DNA from: Nemertoderma westbladi
Lineage: Eukaryota > Animalia > Xenacoelomorpha
DNA: 64,000 nt
Reading direction: 5' to 3'
Assembly: GCA_032718475.1 (NCBI GenBank)
Contig: JAUCBJ010000064.1
Location: 34,175 to 98,174 of the forward strand
Numbering within the stretch: position 1 is the first letter of the stretch; each line of letters begins with the position of its first letter. Below the pieces are notes generated by a model. That model worked only from the letters and a program-made list of their open reading frames with translations. It did no database searches and was not told where the DNA came from. Positions 23,493 to 37,090 of the stretch are shown here, in pieces. The translations under genes and the position numbers were made by a program.

Positions 23493-25628
23493 CTTCGGGT
23501 TGGCTCAACCCCGCCACCTCCGGCCTACTAACTATACGGCCCACCAGGCCCTCACCTGCTGGGTTGTACTGTACACGCCCGACGTGTTCACGTTAATAGC
23601 ACCCATATTGGAAACGGGATTACTCTGTTCGTTCAAAGTAAAATCATTTGAATTATCTTGCGCAACTACACTATCTGAATTATTTTGTAGATTCGGGCTT
23701 GGATCATTATTTAAATTATTTGGATTATTTTGCGTAATTGCATTACTTAAATTATTTTGTAAGTTCGAATCCGGGTTATTATTTTGATTATTTTGATTAT
23801 TTTATGTAACTACATTAATATTAGAATTATTTTCTACATTAATATTAGGATTGTTCTGATTTAAATTTAAATTACTACCACTAGGCAAAGTATTTCCTGC
23901 AATAAAGGTTTGATTAGGATTATCCAATATGGTACTATTAATATTAACCACGTCTACTGTACCATTATTATTACCCCCCCCCCCCCCCCCCCCCCCGCCC
24001 GTAAGGTCACACCAGTTTCGTGTCTGTCGTGCGGTCCCTGTGAGTGGAGTATTAATAAACGTATCAACAGCCCTCGGCTCCTCGAAAATATTCGAGCCTG
24101 CCCCGCTCTCAGATGCCCCTACCCGCGCCAGTCCCACCTCGCGCGTGTGTACAGCTTCATACTCTACGAGTTTGTCTCGCTGTTTCTCCAATTCTTTTCG
24201 CTCACGCTCCACTCTTGCTATTTTATCCATAGCCTCCCGTTCGCTCTGCTCGGCCAATTCCATCTCTCTCCTAATCCCCTCCCTTCGCCTCGCCTCACGC
24301 TCTCTGCGTTCACTTCCCTCCCTCGCCTCACGTTTCTCGCGTTCCGCCTCACGTTCCTTTCGTTCACTTTCCCACTTCGCCTCACGTTTCTCGCGTTCCG
24401 CCTCACGTTCCTTTCGTTCACTTTTCTCTCTCGCCACACGCTCCTCTTGTTCCTTCAACTCTATTTCATCATACTCCCTAAGGCTCCTCACGGCCCTTTC
24501 GGCCCTCTCTCTTGTCTCTCTAATCGACACCATTTCCCTCTCTAGCAGCACTCTCCCCTCCTCTAGCCGTCTACCTACTTCTCTATTACCTTGCACTGCT
24601 AGATTGAGACGGTACCTAGCGTCTATCTCTCTCACCCGTATTTCTTTCGTGGAGGATGTAGCAGACTTATCGGTTGTGACGGATTCCCTCCGCCTTCCCG
24701 ATCTACTAACTTTCCCCCTCCTCCCGGAACTCCCTCCAACCGACGAGACCGAATCCGCAGGGTCAACCTCGGATTCGCCCTCCTCAGGTCTGTTCCAACC
24801 CACTAATTTTATACCCCGGGCATCGATTAAGTATGGTCCTATGTACACTACACTAGGTTGTATACCCCCGTGCCGCCATGAGTCATACAGTTCCTCAGCA
24901 ACCCTTGTCGCTCTCTCCTCGGCCAATTCTCTCTGCCCGAAGCGCATTAGATAATATAGATGTCTGTCCGACTTACCTAGTCCTGACTTTAGTTTTACCT
25001 CGTCTATCGTTTTCCCCTTTCTGGCCTCCTCTAGTAGTCTCCGGGTCGCGTTGTAGGCCCGTCGAAGTTGATCGGAGACCCCGACGTCCTCGTCGCCGAC
25101 CCCTCCTCCGTCTCTCCTGGTTCGACGTCGTACCGGCGGCCCCACCGTCGCCGTTCCGGTGGGCCGTCCGTCGCCCTCGGCCTGTGCCTGGCCGGCGACA
25201 TCGGTATTGACATCTCCGTCGTCTCTCCGGGTCCGGCGTCGTACCGTCGGCCCCACCGTCACCGTCACGGTGGGCCGTTTGTCGCTCTCGGCCTGTGGCT
25301 GGCCCGCGACATCGGCACGTCGACCCTCGTTCCGTGTCGACTCGTCTCTTTCTCCCTCGAGCTCTTTCTCTCTATCCTCCGACTCGACTCCCCCTCCTCT
25401 CGACTCGGCTTCTGACTCCAGACGGTCCCCCTCATCTTGAACTTCCGGGTCACCCATTACCGATGGCTCCGGCGTCGTGGGCCTATACCGCCTGGTCGCG
25501 GCCTCGCGGATCGTTTGTTCTTCGTCCGGGGTCCGCGTCGGTGTTGTCTCTCCCGACTGACTCATCTCTCTTCTGTAGATTGGTGGTTGGTGGTTGCTGA
25601 GTTTAGCTAGCTAGGGCGGCAGCTCTGA

Positions 25629-25637
25629 TTTAATTAC
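25629..25637 (-). other. BEL-1 primer-binding position, non-tRNA type, complementary to its own LTR
   Basis: Minus-strand GTAATTAAA abuts the 5' LTR; the minus-strand LTR contains TTTAATTAC (25828-25836; 11880-11888). Confidence 0.65.
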
Positions 25638-26205
25638 TGTGACGGGATCCAGGAAGGATCCCGGTTTATCCGGTTGTTTAGTTCACGCGTCCCCGCCGTG
25701 TGTATGAAAGGTAAAAGGAGTTCCTGTCGTTCGTCGTATATAATAATCGGTTGTACGGATATATAGATATAGGGTATATAGATATAGGCATATGAATAAT
25801 GTTGTCGTATACGGAAGGCGGGTTACGGTAATTAAAGTCCCGGTCCTTCCCTAGCTAAACTAACTAACCTAACTAGCACCAATAAGATACTGAGATAACT
25901 GAACTGATATGATTACTGCCAACTGGCTATATTGCACGGGTTGGCCTTGTTACTCTACCTGATCGATGCTTCCCCCCCCCCCCCCCCTCTGATTGGTTGA
26001 TACCCTTGTTGGCGCCCTTTGGAGTGTTCCCGTTCACCCCAGCTATTCTCTCTCGGTTAGGGGTTTGGCCCCTGACCCTTATTGTTTGTTCCTCCTTCCC
26101 ATTTTGTTGGGGTGACACGAGTTGGTGATTGCCCAACCTCGTGGCCCCCAATATTGCTTATCGGCTTAACTTTATGGGGTGTTAGCGGGATTGAATAAGC
26201 TAACA
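25638..26205 (-). repeat. BEL-1 5' LTR
   Basis: Direct repeat of 11690-12247, upstream of gag. Confidence 0.95.
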
Positions 26206-26480
26206 CTTGTCGTAGTTCTGCTAATGTTTCCGATTCTCGACCATTAATCATCCGATTCCTTGGACATGGAGCGGCAACTTTTGCTTTAAAGAACAAGAAG
26301 AAGTTAAACAATCCGGCTTACCTTACCGAGCATCTAACCACGCGTCGGTTCAACCTTCTTAATCTTAATGAGGCTCGGGAGCTAAAAAAATCGCAATGTA
26401 ATCCATTCTGCCTTTACGATTAACGGGAACATCCTCATCAAAGTTTCGGATTCCAGTCGCACTAAAAAGGTAAATAACAA
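26206..26480 (+). mobile_element. LINE ORF1-like fragment, 3' part
   Basis: Translates RPLIIRFL...KKKLNNPAYLTEHLT, the usual continuation of the motif at 11297-11689. Confidence 0.65.
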
Positions 26481-27423
26481 AACAGAGTTGGAGCGGTTGG
26501 TTCAGGGTTCAGGTAGAGCTGTTCCTGTGTCCATTCCGCGGTCGACTCCCTCAGGCTCCCCTTGGCAGAGTGTTGGTCGCGGCCCCTCTGTCTCACCAGC
26601 TCTCTCCGATCCAAATCAATCCGGGAACGGCTCCCAGATCTCAACAATCACCACCCCACTCGGTAGCGACACTGCTCCACTGGTTAACTCAGGGTTCTTC
26701 ACTCCCATCAATAACCTGTGATATGTACCAAGATTGCAAGATATGTACTCATGTGGTTAGTTTAGCTGGTAATCAACCAGTTTTGTTTGTGTTACGGTAA
26801 CTAATTAGCCATATGGTTCCAGGCTTTGTCACTTATCTCCTGTTTAGAAATCTTATCTTTGAAAACATATCACTTATCTCCTTTCACCTTATCACCTATC
26901 TCCTTTATTGTCACTTATCTCCTGTTTAGAAATCTTATCTTTGAAAACATAAAACTCTTTTTTTAGGCTTAATGATGGAAACGCTCCCAATTTATTAATT
27001 TTTTTTTCTTTTTATTACATAATTATTATAGCTCGACTTCTATGATTATCAGTTTAATGTAATAACTAAAATTTAAATTATATACCCTACCGGTACTTAA
27101 GCTAGTAAGTCTAACAGTCTGGGATTTTCATATGTGTACATGATCCATATACACCTACTTTCGTAAATGGTTTTGAATTGATCTGAATTGATGGTTTTGA
27201 AAATGGTGCATAAAAATACATACTGCACAATACTGCATAATATAAATAAATCACAATTTACCGGTAATTTATTTTACATTGTCTTATGTAAATCCGGAAA
27301 TCAGTAAATTAATGGACGGCAGGATAATACATGTTTAAAGTCATATAATATAATTGACTTGCCTAGGTAGCATAAATGGTCTAACTCTGTACAGTAGTTT
27401 ACAATAAATCACGTGTATATTAA

Positions 27424-29003
27424 CCCTATTAAACCCGGGGGGGGGTCAATATGACCCCTCCCGTGGTTTTTTTATTATAATTCTGAAACAAACGCAGTTG
27501 GGAATCTGAAATTTTATGACTTTTCCTAAAAATCTATTGTCTTCCTAATAGTGAAAACCGTTTTCAAAAATATTGGGTACTTTTCGAGTTATAGCACCAT
27601 TTTTTAACCCTACTTTTGGCACTTTTTTTGAGACGTTTTTTGAAAATTACATTTCATTAAATATGAATTGTAACATCTCTATTTTTGATTTACACCGGTT
27701 TTTTGGTGTTAGAAATTTGATGGAATTCATATAAATTGATTTAGAAATTTCAAACTTGTTTTTTTCGGTGTGTGCCAAATTTTGGTGCCAGCACCAAATT
27801 TTGAATTATGTCAATTTTGTAAATTGATTGTTTGAAACTTGTTTTTTACGCAATTGGGGTTTTTTGGGGTTCTGGATTCGATGAAATATATACGAGTTGC
27901 ACCAAGCGTATCAAACTTGTATTTTTCGGTGCTGTGTGCAAATTTTGGTGCTAGCACGAAATTTTGAAAATTCATTCGATAGATAAAATTGCTTGTGACA
28001 ATTTATTTCCTCCTTTTTAGAGGTTTATGTCTGTTCTGAATTCAATGGAATAAATAATTATCGAACTAGACATCTCAAACTTATATTTTTCGGATGTGGG
28101 TGCAAAATGTGGTGCTAGCACCAAATTTTGAAAACCATCAAATATATCAATTCATAGTGTCACCTTGTTTCTTGCGTTATACGGGTTTGTGATGGTTCTG
28201 AATTCAATGGAATCAGTAAAAATTTCATAAGAGTTCTCAAACTGGTATTTTTCGCCAGTGGGTGAAAATTGTTGTGCCAGCACCAAATTTTGGAAAATAT
28301 GCAAATTTATCAGTGGATAGTATCACCTTGTTTCTTGCGTTATACGGGTTTATGAGGGTTCTGAATCCGATGGAATCCATAAAAACAGCACTGGACATCG
28401 CAAACTTGTACTTTTTGGTGATGGGTACGAAATTTGGTGCTAGCACCAAAATTTGCCAAATTACGCCGAAAAATACAAGAATCAATGATCTGGCATATTA
28501 GAAATGTATTCCATTAGAATCAGCGCTCTCGAAAACCTGAAAATGTGAATTTATAGCATCGTATAAGTGAATTAAAAATTTTGTGTTCTACCTGAAAAGT
28601 GCTGGTTACTTGTTTTTTTCATTTTTTTCCTACGAAGAGAGGACTAAACGGCCATTTATAGTAATCATATCATTTTTAAATATTTTCTAATGTATTTTGC
28701 ACCCCAGAAAACCTGTATTGAAAAATAATTAGCCGAAAATGTAACTTTCAAATTTTGTGAAAATTGTGCAATACTTGTAATTTTGGTGCTGCAATAGGTT
28801 CTATTGCAGCACCAAAATTACATTTACAAATTACATTACATTTTTTCGAAAATTTTTTTTTTCGGTCGGATCCAGACAAGTGATACCTACGTACAAACAA
28901 AAAATCAGACGTTTTCGTAAATATTTGTAGATTTTAGAGGGGGGGGTCAATATGACCCCCTCCCGGTATTTGTACAGCATTTTATAGCCCGGTACTAATA
29001 GGG
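27424..29003. mobile_element. Non-autonomous piggyBac-type element with internal ~165-bp tandem repeats
   Basis: TTAA on both sides; TIR CCCTATTA/TAATAGGG; subterminal GGGGTCAATATGACCCC palindromes; recurring TTGGTGCTAGCACCAA. Confidence 0.85.
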
Positions 29004-29210
29004 TTAATACATTGATACATTAAACTTGAAATTAAATTACATTTACAGTTTGAAATATATCAGTTACGTAGCTACAGTGTAAAAAGTAGTATCACATATG
29101 TACAGTAAAAATTATCTAACTGGTACAATAAACTATAAATACCATATAAAATAAATAATTATGAAGTTTAATAAAATACAATGTTTATTATGTTAATTAA
29201 TAATCATAAT

Positions 29211-29498
29211 CGAAGTTATGGTGATCCCAGGAGGATATCTTAATTTGAGACAAAATAAGATAAGTAGTGCGATTTGAAAGAACATAATTATTGTTTAAAT
29301 CCGGAACGTTTCGTATATTACGTTATACATCATCAGCCATAATACTAATAATATTAATTTTAGGTTTTTTCATATAATTATAGTTATTTTGTACCTACAG
29401 TATTATGGCTGATGATGTATAACGTAATATACGAAACGTTCCGGATTTAAACAATAATTATGTTCTTTCAAATCGCACTACTTATCTTATTTTGTCTC
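29211..29498. mobile_element. Penelope-like inverted pseudo-LTR remnant with two minimal hammerhead cores
   Basis: 100-bp inverted arms 29247-29346 and 29399-29498; CTGATGA-n17-GAAACGTT in each; 13-bp TSD TAATAATCATAAT (29198-29210, 29499-29511). Confidence 0.7.
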
Positions 29499-29981
29499 TA
29501 ATAATCATAATAAATGTATTCATTGGTACTTGTAGTACATAGATTAGATTATATACTGATGCTTGAAGTTAATAATGCTGTGCAGTTAGTACTGTACTGA
29601 CTACATTTTATCTTTTAAACTATCTTCGCCTTGGTTAGTGCCTCGTCATTTTCTCCCAGACAAATTAAACAGTCTGTCAATTGTACTATCATTTTAGCCA
29701 ACCCCTGTCAGTTGCCATCTCTTGTGGATGATGGGTGCGGGCTTTGCTATACCCGTATTTGCCTCCGCGAGGCCCACTTTCACTGCCCACTCTGTGGTTT
29801 ATCCTTTCATTTTCAATGTGGCTCCCATATTCCAACCTCAGATTTTGAATCTATTCAAATCTATTGGTGCTTTCACTGTTTACATGAAACTTTTCCCTTC
29901 TCTGGAATTCCTGACAATGATTTAGACATATTTTATGATAATCTGGTTAATATTAATAACAACATCTCTGTAGACGAGGTA

Positions 29982-32900
29982 TTTTTTTTTTATTTTTTTT
30001 TATTTTTTATTTATATTATTATACATTATGTAAAAACAATAACAAATACACCAAACAATGTACCGGTATAAAGGTATTGTCCAACATAACATATAGGATT
30101 ACCCCTAAAGCTTTGCAGCTTATTTCCAAGGGGGTCCTTTATGTTACTTGGTTACAAATACAATATTACACTACGCTAACCTAAAACCAATATAAAACGT
30201 AATTACACTATGTACATGTACAACTTTACCGAGAGCGTGACAATGTCCGACTCAACGATAAAGATGTAATGTACAGAACAATTTAATATAAAACATAATT
30301 ACAGTCTAAATAGTAAATAATTAATAAACTAATAACTTACTGTAGGACTATTGTACCTATTTTTACATTGCACACGGAGGTGAGATTTAACTGCAGATTT
30401 AAAAGAATGTTGATTATTTAGGTTTTTAATTTCATTAGGCAGAGCGTTCCAATTTTTTATGCCGTTAAAAAAGAAAGTATCAGATTCAAAGGATTTACAA
30501 TTCGGGAGGTAGAAGTTTGAAGCACTAGCTCTGGTACTGTAAGAGTGTGTATCGCGTACTCTGTTGAATTTTTGTTTTAGGTAATTGGGACATTTACCAT
30601 TATACACTTTATGCACATGGTTAAGGCGTAGCTGCTTAACTCTACTATCTAAGTTAAGTAGTCCAGATTCAGAAAAGTCATCTGGAGTTAGGTGGTGCCT
30701 AGGTTTGTAGTCTTTAATAAATCGTACTACTTTATTATGAGCTACTTGTAATTTACATTTAAGCTGTTTGGTTAAGCCTTCATACCAAGAAGAGCACGCA
30801 TAGTCCATGTGACACTGTATTAAAGAAGAGCAAAGTAACTTGCGGGAGTCGGTGTTCAAACTATTTTTATTTCTGTATAGAAACCTAAGCCTACTGTTAA
30901 CTTTCGAGAAAATATTTTTCACTGTACTTTCTCCTGATAAGCAGTTATCCAATGTGGCGCCTAAATATTTAACTTCCTTTTTATTTTCAATCTTATGTCC
31001 ATTACTAGTGACTTCAAACTTAGTTACCTTCTTTAACTTTCTTTTGGAACCAAACAAAATACTTTCAGTTTTACCGTAGTGAATGGATAGCTTATTATCA
31101 ACCAACCACTCATTACAGGATTCTAGAACTGCACTTAACTTTTGGGAAATATGGATAGGATCTTTATGAGAGAAAATAAGAGCACTGTCGTCGGCATATA
31201 AAATGAGTTTAAAATCGGGATCTATACTACTTATCATATCATTTACATAGCATACAAAAAGCAGAGGACCTAATATACTACCTTGCGGTACACCACAGGT
31301 AATATCTTGTACAGTAGACTGCGATTTGCTAATGACTACAGTTTGACCTCTGTCTGACAGGTAGGACTTGAACCAGTCTATAGAACCTACACCTATCAGG
31401 CCTAACTTACCAAGCAGAATTTCGTGATCTACAGTATCGAAAGCCTTTTGTAGGTCCAACATTACCATACCAGTATATAAACCCTTTGCGTTATTACATC
31501 TAATTGTATCAGTTAAGTTAATAAGGCAGGTGTCTGTAGAATATGATTTACGAAAACCGGACTGAAGTTCATAGATCAGATTTAGCCTACTAAGATGTGC
31601 CTCCAGCTGTAGAAAAACAGAACGTTCTAGAATTTTAGATACAATACATAAGATACTAACAGGTCTGTAATTACAGGGTTCTACTTTACTATTCTTTTTA
31701 TACAGAGGAACAACCTTAGCTAATTTCAGTTCGTCTGGTACTACATTATCTACGATAGAGTAATTAATAATAAAAGTAATAGGCACTTTAAGTACTTCAG
31801 CACCATCCTTAAGAAAACGGGCAGGTATTAGATCTAGACCGGTACTTTTTGAGGCTGATAGGCTAAGTAGATTTTTAAAAACGAAATCCTCAGAAACGGG
31901 TTTTAAAAATAACTTTTCTGAATTTTGTAACTTTTCTAAATAAAAATTATTTAGAGTTTCGGACCCTATACTATATTTATTACTTGATAACGGTAATTTC
32001 TTAACTAAATTAGAGGCAACATTAGTAAAATAATTATTAAATAAATTACTAACTAGAGTATGATCATGAATCAGCTCACCGTTATCTTGCAGAACAATAT
32101 TCGATTTAGATTTAAGGTTTTTATAACCTAAAGATTTTAGGGTAGACCATAGACTTTTTGGATTATCTTTATTCTCACTTATTTTGTTGTACAAATATTC
32201 AGATTTAGCTTTTTTTATTTCCCGTTGGACAAGGTTTCTATATTTGCAGTAATTATTATAATCAGCTAAAACACGGTATTTCCTAAATTTATACAAATAG
32301 TTATCTCTTTCTCTGATATTACTAAGAATACCCGAGGTCATCCAGGGCTCAGTGCGTTGTTTAAGACTAATTTCTTTAATTGGTGCTACAGTATTAAGTG
32401 CCTTTAAAAATATATCTTTAAAAACAGTGTACGCAAGGTTAATGTCAGCGGCCTTAAAACAGGGTTCCCAGTCAGAATTAACTAACAAACTTAAAAAGCG
32501 TTCCTTGCTGTAATTTTTCATAGACCTAACTGTTACTGTTTTATGATCCCCGAAAAAAGATTTTTGTGTCTTTCTTGTGCAAAAAACTATAAAATGATCG
32601 CTTAGACCTATAGGTAAAACCCCAGATTGAGAAATAATATCGGTATTATTACAAAGGATGTGATCTAGTAAAGTAGAAGTTTTACTGGTAATTCTGGTAG
32701 AATCTCGAATAATTTGTTTTAAACCAAACAAATTTAAAATACTTTGGTACTGTTTACAGATGGGGGATGCTTTGTGATGGTAACAGATATTAAAATCACC
32801 TAAGAAATATATTTCACAGTCTGACCTAAGATTACATAAAATTGTATTTTCAAAATTTTGCAAAAAATCTGATTGTTTAGGGGGCCGATATAAAGTACCG

Positions 32901-33843
32901 ATTAAAATAGGTTTAGTTTTAGGAAGTAAAAGTTCCACCAGTAAAACTTCGTCACAAGTCTCTAAATCTTCCCTACGATTAAAAGCTAAATCACATCGAA
33001 TGTAAGTACAGACACCACCACCGTGTCTGTCCCTATCCTTACGTAAAACTACGTAATTATCAATATAAATTTCTCCATCAGAAACACTATCATCGAGCCA
33101 AGTTTCAGAGATTGTTAAAACTGCTGGGTTGGATTTATTGATTAAAATACGAATTTCGGAAAGTTTTGGAAGCAGAGATCGTGCGTTTAAGTGCAAAAAA
33201 TGCAGACCTTTTTTCTTAAAAAAATTAAAAGTTTCACTCTCAGCATCACTTGGAGTTTGCAGAGGCGATGTGAGAAATGAGTCGTCGGTTTCTGATTCTA
33301 AAATTGTATCATGAAAGGGAAGTTCGGTAAAAATACAGCTATTGCAGAGAAAACTTGGTTCAAGATTGTTTCTGGTGGAGAATAAATTACTGCGTTTCCT
33401 ACGGTAACATTTTAAATGTACAAATGTGTCACAACTCTCGCATTGGACGATCTTACTCCGAGAGTTTGTTCCTCGTTGACAGACGGGACAGTTGATCTTT
33501 GGGGCCCGCGTCCTGCTGGGTCCTGGGTTGGTCTCAATATCCCCAGCCAGAGACAGTAGACAGAGTTTAGCGATTAGGCCTCTAGATCGTGGAGAGGAGA
33601 CCCAAGATCTTCTTCCCCGACGAGAGCAGTAGAGGCTAAATCCACTCGTCGACCACATCTCCGTCGATTCGGCGCGGCAGTTCGAAACGGTAGCGACAGG
33701 GTGTTCCGCAAACCAGTCCAATACGGGTATTGGGTGGGTTGCAGGGTTACCCCGCGGATCGGATGGTTCTGCCACAACGAAACGACCCAGAACGATGAAA
33801 ACTGTGGAGATTAAGAGCGGGGACATTGTGCTGTCTGGCTGGC
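29982..33843 (-). mobile_element. Nested young LINE (CR1/L2/Crack group)
   Basis: A-rich tail at 29982-30010; TSD AGGTA (29977-29981, 33844-33848); single intact ORF. Confidence 0.9.
30329..33826 (-). CDS. Intact LINE polyprotein: N-terminal peptide, 2A-like, PHD, APE endonuclease, RT
   Basis: [14 protein letters not shown]; CPVC..CESC..H..C..CNSC; HLNARS, SETWL, GDFN, SDH; PQGS, YADD. The first ATG inside the element is at 33826. Confidence 0.92.
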   Translation of the reverse strand: MSPLLISTVFIVLGRFVVAEPSDPRGNPATHPIPVLDWFAEHPVATVSNCRAESTEMWSTSGFSLYCSRRGRRSWVSSPRSRGLIAKLCLLSLAGDIETNPGPSRTRAPKINCPVCQRGTNSRSKIVQCESCDTFVHLKCYRRKRSNLFSTRNNLEPSFLCNSCIFTELPFHDTILESETDDSFLTSPLQTPSDAESETFNFFKKKGLHFLHLNARSLLPKLSEIRILINKSNPAVLTISETWLDDSVSDGEIYIDNYVVLRKDRDRHGGGVCTYIRCDLAFNRREDLETCDEVLLVELLLPKTKPILIGTLYRPPKQSDFLQNFENTILCNLRSDCEIYFLGDFNICYHHKASPICKQYQSILNLFGLKQIIRDSTRITSKTSTLLDHILCNNTDIISQSGVLPIGLSDHFIVFCTRKTQKSFFGDHKTVTVRSMKNYSKERFLSLLVNSDWEPCFKAADINLAYTVFKDIFLKALNTVAPIKEISLKQRTEPWMTSGILSNIRERDNYLYKFRKYRVLADYNNYCKYRNLVQREIKKAKSEYLYNKISENKDNPKSLWSTLKSLGYKNLKSKSNIVLQDNGELIHDHTLVSNLFNNYFTNVASNLVKKLPLSSNKYSIGSETLNNFYLEKLQNSEKLFLKPVSEDFVFKNLLSLSASKSTGLDLIPARFLKDGAEVLKVPITFIINYSIVDNVVPDELKLAKVVPLYKKNSKVEPCNYRPVSILCIVSKILERSVFLQLEAHLSRLNLIYELQSGFRKSYSTDTCLINLTDTIRCNNAKGLYTGMVMLDLQKAFDTVDHEILLGKLGLIGVGSIDWFKSYLSDRGQTVVISKSQSTVQDITCGVPQGSILGPLLFVCYVNDMISSIDPDFKLILYADDSALIFSHKDPIHISQKLSAVLESCNEWLVDNKLSIHYGKTESILFGSKRKLKKVTKFEVTSNGHKIENKKEVKYLGATLDNCLSGESTVKNIFSKVNSRLRFLYRNKNSLNTDSRKLLCSSLIQCHMDYACSSWYEGLTKQLKCKLQVAHNKVVRFIKDYKPRHHLTPDDFSESGLLNLDSRVKQLRLNHVHKVYNGKCPNYLKQKFNRVRDTHSYSTRASASNFYLPNCKSFESDTFFFNGIKNWNALPNEIKNLNNQHSFKSAVKSHLRVQCKNRYNSPTVSY

Positions 33844-36819
33844 AGGTAAACAATTACTTTGAAAGTATTAACCCGGACGGTAGTATTACATCATACCTAA
33901 CCACAAATGAGTATTTTAATTTCGATAAATTTCATACTTTGTACAAATCCTGTGACCACCCATTGTCTGTGTTTCACTTAAACTGCCGCAGCCTCCCTGC
34001 CAATTACTCGGAAATTTCTAACTTTTTTGAAACTCTTGAGTCGCGATTTGATATTATTACTTTCAGTGAAACTTTTCTGACCGATAATATTGAGCTGGGC
34101 CCACTTAGCTTCGCTGGTTATACCTCTCCTTTTTGTGATTTTCAGGATTCAATGAAACCTCGTGGTGGCACTGCAATTTACGTTCGCAATGAATTGGATG
34201 TCACTGAGAGGAGTGACATTAAGATTATTGGACCGGAAAATAAGTGGATCCAGGTCAATCATCCACATTCCAATAAACCGCTAATAGTAGGTTGTATTTA
34301 CCGTTGACAACAAGTTGACACTAGTAATTTTATCTCGAACCTCGATTCAACAATGCATACTTTGGCTGATAAAAATTATGATGTTATCGTTACAGGAGAT
34401 ATTAATATTGATCTATATAGGAATAATGCTATTACAATTAATTCCCTGGATTATTTAGCTGCTTTGTCCTCCAATGGTTTCACCCAGCTGATAGACAAAC
34501 CAACCAGAATAACTCCCTTCTCTCGTACTCTAATTGTTCACATTAGTACAAACATTAAATCTTCCTTGTGTCACCATGGTGTTTTCCTCCATGAAATTGG
34601 CACATCTGACCATTTATCTACTTTCATTTTGCTATCTGATTATAACACTTATTTTAAACCTGAGAGTTCCAAGACTACTTACGATTTCTCTCAGTTTAAT
34701 AAAAATAATTTCATTGACAGCTTAAATAATCCTGATTTGTGGACTTATAAGAGTCTGAATGTCCCCTCTACAGACCGCTTCAATTGCTTTTATAAGGATT
34801 TCCAAAATATTTGTTCTCATAATCTCCCGACCAAAATAATAACAAAAAAAGATTTACCTAAGAAACCATGGCTTACGGCATCACTTCTGACTGCTATTAA
34901 ACGGAAAGGCTATTTATACACAAAATCTGTTTCAAACCCATCTGAGTATAATCTTACGGCATATAAAAAATATAGGAACTTGCTTACTTCACTTCTCCGT
35001 GCAGCTGAAAAACAATATTATTCAAAAGAATTCGAGAAAAATAAGTCGAGAATAAAAAAAACCTGGCGTACTATAAACTCTGTTCTTCATCGCGGGAAAA
35101 ATCTCTCACATCCCAAAAAACTAGTCTCCATTGATCATAAAGTAACTCTTACAGATCCTAACGACATAGTAAACGAATTCAATAACTTTTTCACCACCAT
35201 CGGTCTGTCTTTGGCCGCTGCTGTACCTAGTTCCACACGCTGTCCCACTGGTCATATCAGTTATAAGAAATCGAATTCATTTGGACTATAACTGAGACAT
35301 CCCCGGTCGAGGTTCAATACAACATTTTACATCTCAAAGAAGATTCTGCCTCTAATGATAATTTTCCTATCAAATTACTTAAATTTGGCGCATATCCCCT
35401 ATCATTACATTTGGCCACTCTAATAAATCTTAGTTTTACCCAGGGCTTTTATCCCAGCCTACTTAAGGTTGCAAAGGTGATTTCCTGTATATAAGGGTGA
35501 TTGTCCTCTGAACCCATCTAACTATAGGCCGATCTCATTGCTTTCTGTTTTCAATAAACTATACGAAAAACTGATTAATGATCAAATTGTTTCTTACCTT
35601 GAACGTTACTCAGTCATCTGTCCAAATCAATTCGGGTTTAGGAAAAAATTCACGACAACTTTTGCTGTTCTTAATATTGTAGAAAATATTCGTACCGCCT
35701 TAGATAATAAAGAATCCACTTCAGTTGTATATATAGACCTAAAGAAAGCTTTCGACTCTTTGGACATAGGAATTCTTCTGAAGAAACTTTGCTCGTACGG
35801 TATCCGCGGGACTCCTCACTCTCTACTTACAGATTACCTATCTGAACGTTCCCAGTTTGTTTCCATAGCCAATATCCATTCTTCCATCAAACCGGTCACC
35901 TGTGGAGTTCCCCAAGGATCTATTTTAGGACCACTTCTATTCCTCCTATATATCAACGACCTACCAAATTCCAGTAAACTTCGAACCACTTTATTCGCTG
36001 ATGATACCAGCCTTAGCCATACAACAGCATCGGTTAGCGATATGTTTCTATCGGTTAACTCAAATCTGACAAGTGTATCTAAGTGGATAAAGGATAATAA
36101 ATTAACAATAAACCTCAAAAAAACAGAATATACAATTTTTTCCAATTTCCACGGCAACTTCAGACAGTTAAACCCAATTCATATTGATGGCAAACAAATT
36201 AAACAAGTTTCAGTTTCCAAGTACTTAGGCCTACACATAGACAGTAAACTAACATTTCGCCAACATGTCCAGTATGTTCTCAATAAAATATCTAAATCCG
36301 GTGGCATTTTTTTCAGACTAAGACATGTACTCCCCCTCCAAATAATGCGTACCCTATTCTTTTCTCTTATCTATCCTTACATAAACTACGGGTTAGGTGT
36401 ATGGGGGGGTACATACTCTTCGATCTTAAAACCTTTACGAATTAAAATTAATAAAATAGTTAGGTGCTTATCTTTCAGCCACCGCCGATCATCTTCAATT
36501 CCTATCTACCGTAAGCTACAAATCTTACCCCTTGAAGCTTTATATAAGCACCAGATCTGTAATCTAATGTACGATATATCCCGTAACCCTAAACACCCAC
36601 TGGCATATTTATTTCGTAAAACTGCTTCTATCCATTCATATAATACTCGCTCTTCTAAATCTGGCCATTTTAATCTCCCATCAGTCCGTCTTGAAGTTGC
36701 CCACCAATCTGTTGCTTTTCAAGGCCCTCTACTATGGAATTCACTGTCTGATGACCTTCGAAATATTGTTGTTAAATCAATCTTTTCCAAACAACTAAAA
36801 AGACATTTACTTGATCGAT

Positions 36820-37090
36820 AATCGGTTACCATCATCCACTATGTCTTATTGGTCATAATTAACCACTCAGTCAAATTTATTACAATTATCGACTATGACA
36901 CATCGGTTAATATTTATCCACTCTGATTCGGTCGCATTTATCTACCTTGAAATATTGGTCACAATTTTTCCACTCTTACTCATCGGTTTCAATTATCCAG
37001 TCTGTCACATCTTTTAGAATTATACCCTCTGCGTAACATCGGTTACAGTTATCCACTTTGACATATCGACCACAATTATCAACTCTAAAA
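36820..37090. repeat. Degenerate short tandem repeats in the LINE 3' UTR
   Basis: Recurring CATCGGTTACAATTATCCACT-like units. Confidence 0.6.

Larger units (their letters stand above)
21554..25565 (-). pseudogene. BEL-1 gag N-terminal region (long low-complexity/coiled-coil part plus Pao gag domain), frameshifted
   Basis: ORF 23802-25565 coiled coil; KFDGSRPEEYLQF...LKYLQVYMGGPA...AWRALDREYG Pao-gag pattern; several breaks, some at poly-C runs. Confidence 0.8.
11690..26205 (-). mobile_element. BEL/Pao LTR retrotransposon (BEL-1), full length ~14.5 kb, with an extra exonuclease ORF
   Basis: TG...CA LTRs at both ends; 5-bp TSD CTCGT/CTTGT (1 mismatch); gag-PR-RT-RH-IN order with Pao-type motifs; PPT at 12248-12256. 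Confidence 0.95.

Noticed and set aside
13014-25600. Many plus-strand ORFs inside BEL-1
   Set aside because: Antisense shadows of GC-rich coding sequence with no recognisable motifs.
25621-25630. ATCAGAGC as an initiator-Met tRNA PBS
   Set aside because: Lacks the TGG complementary to CCA and is offset from the LTR end.
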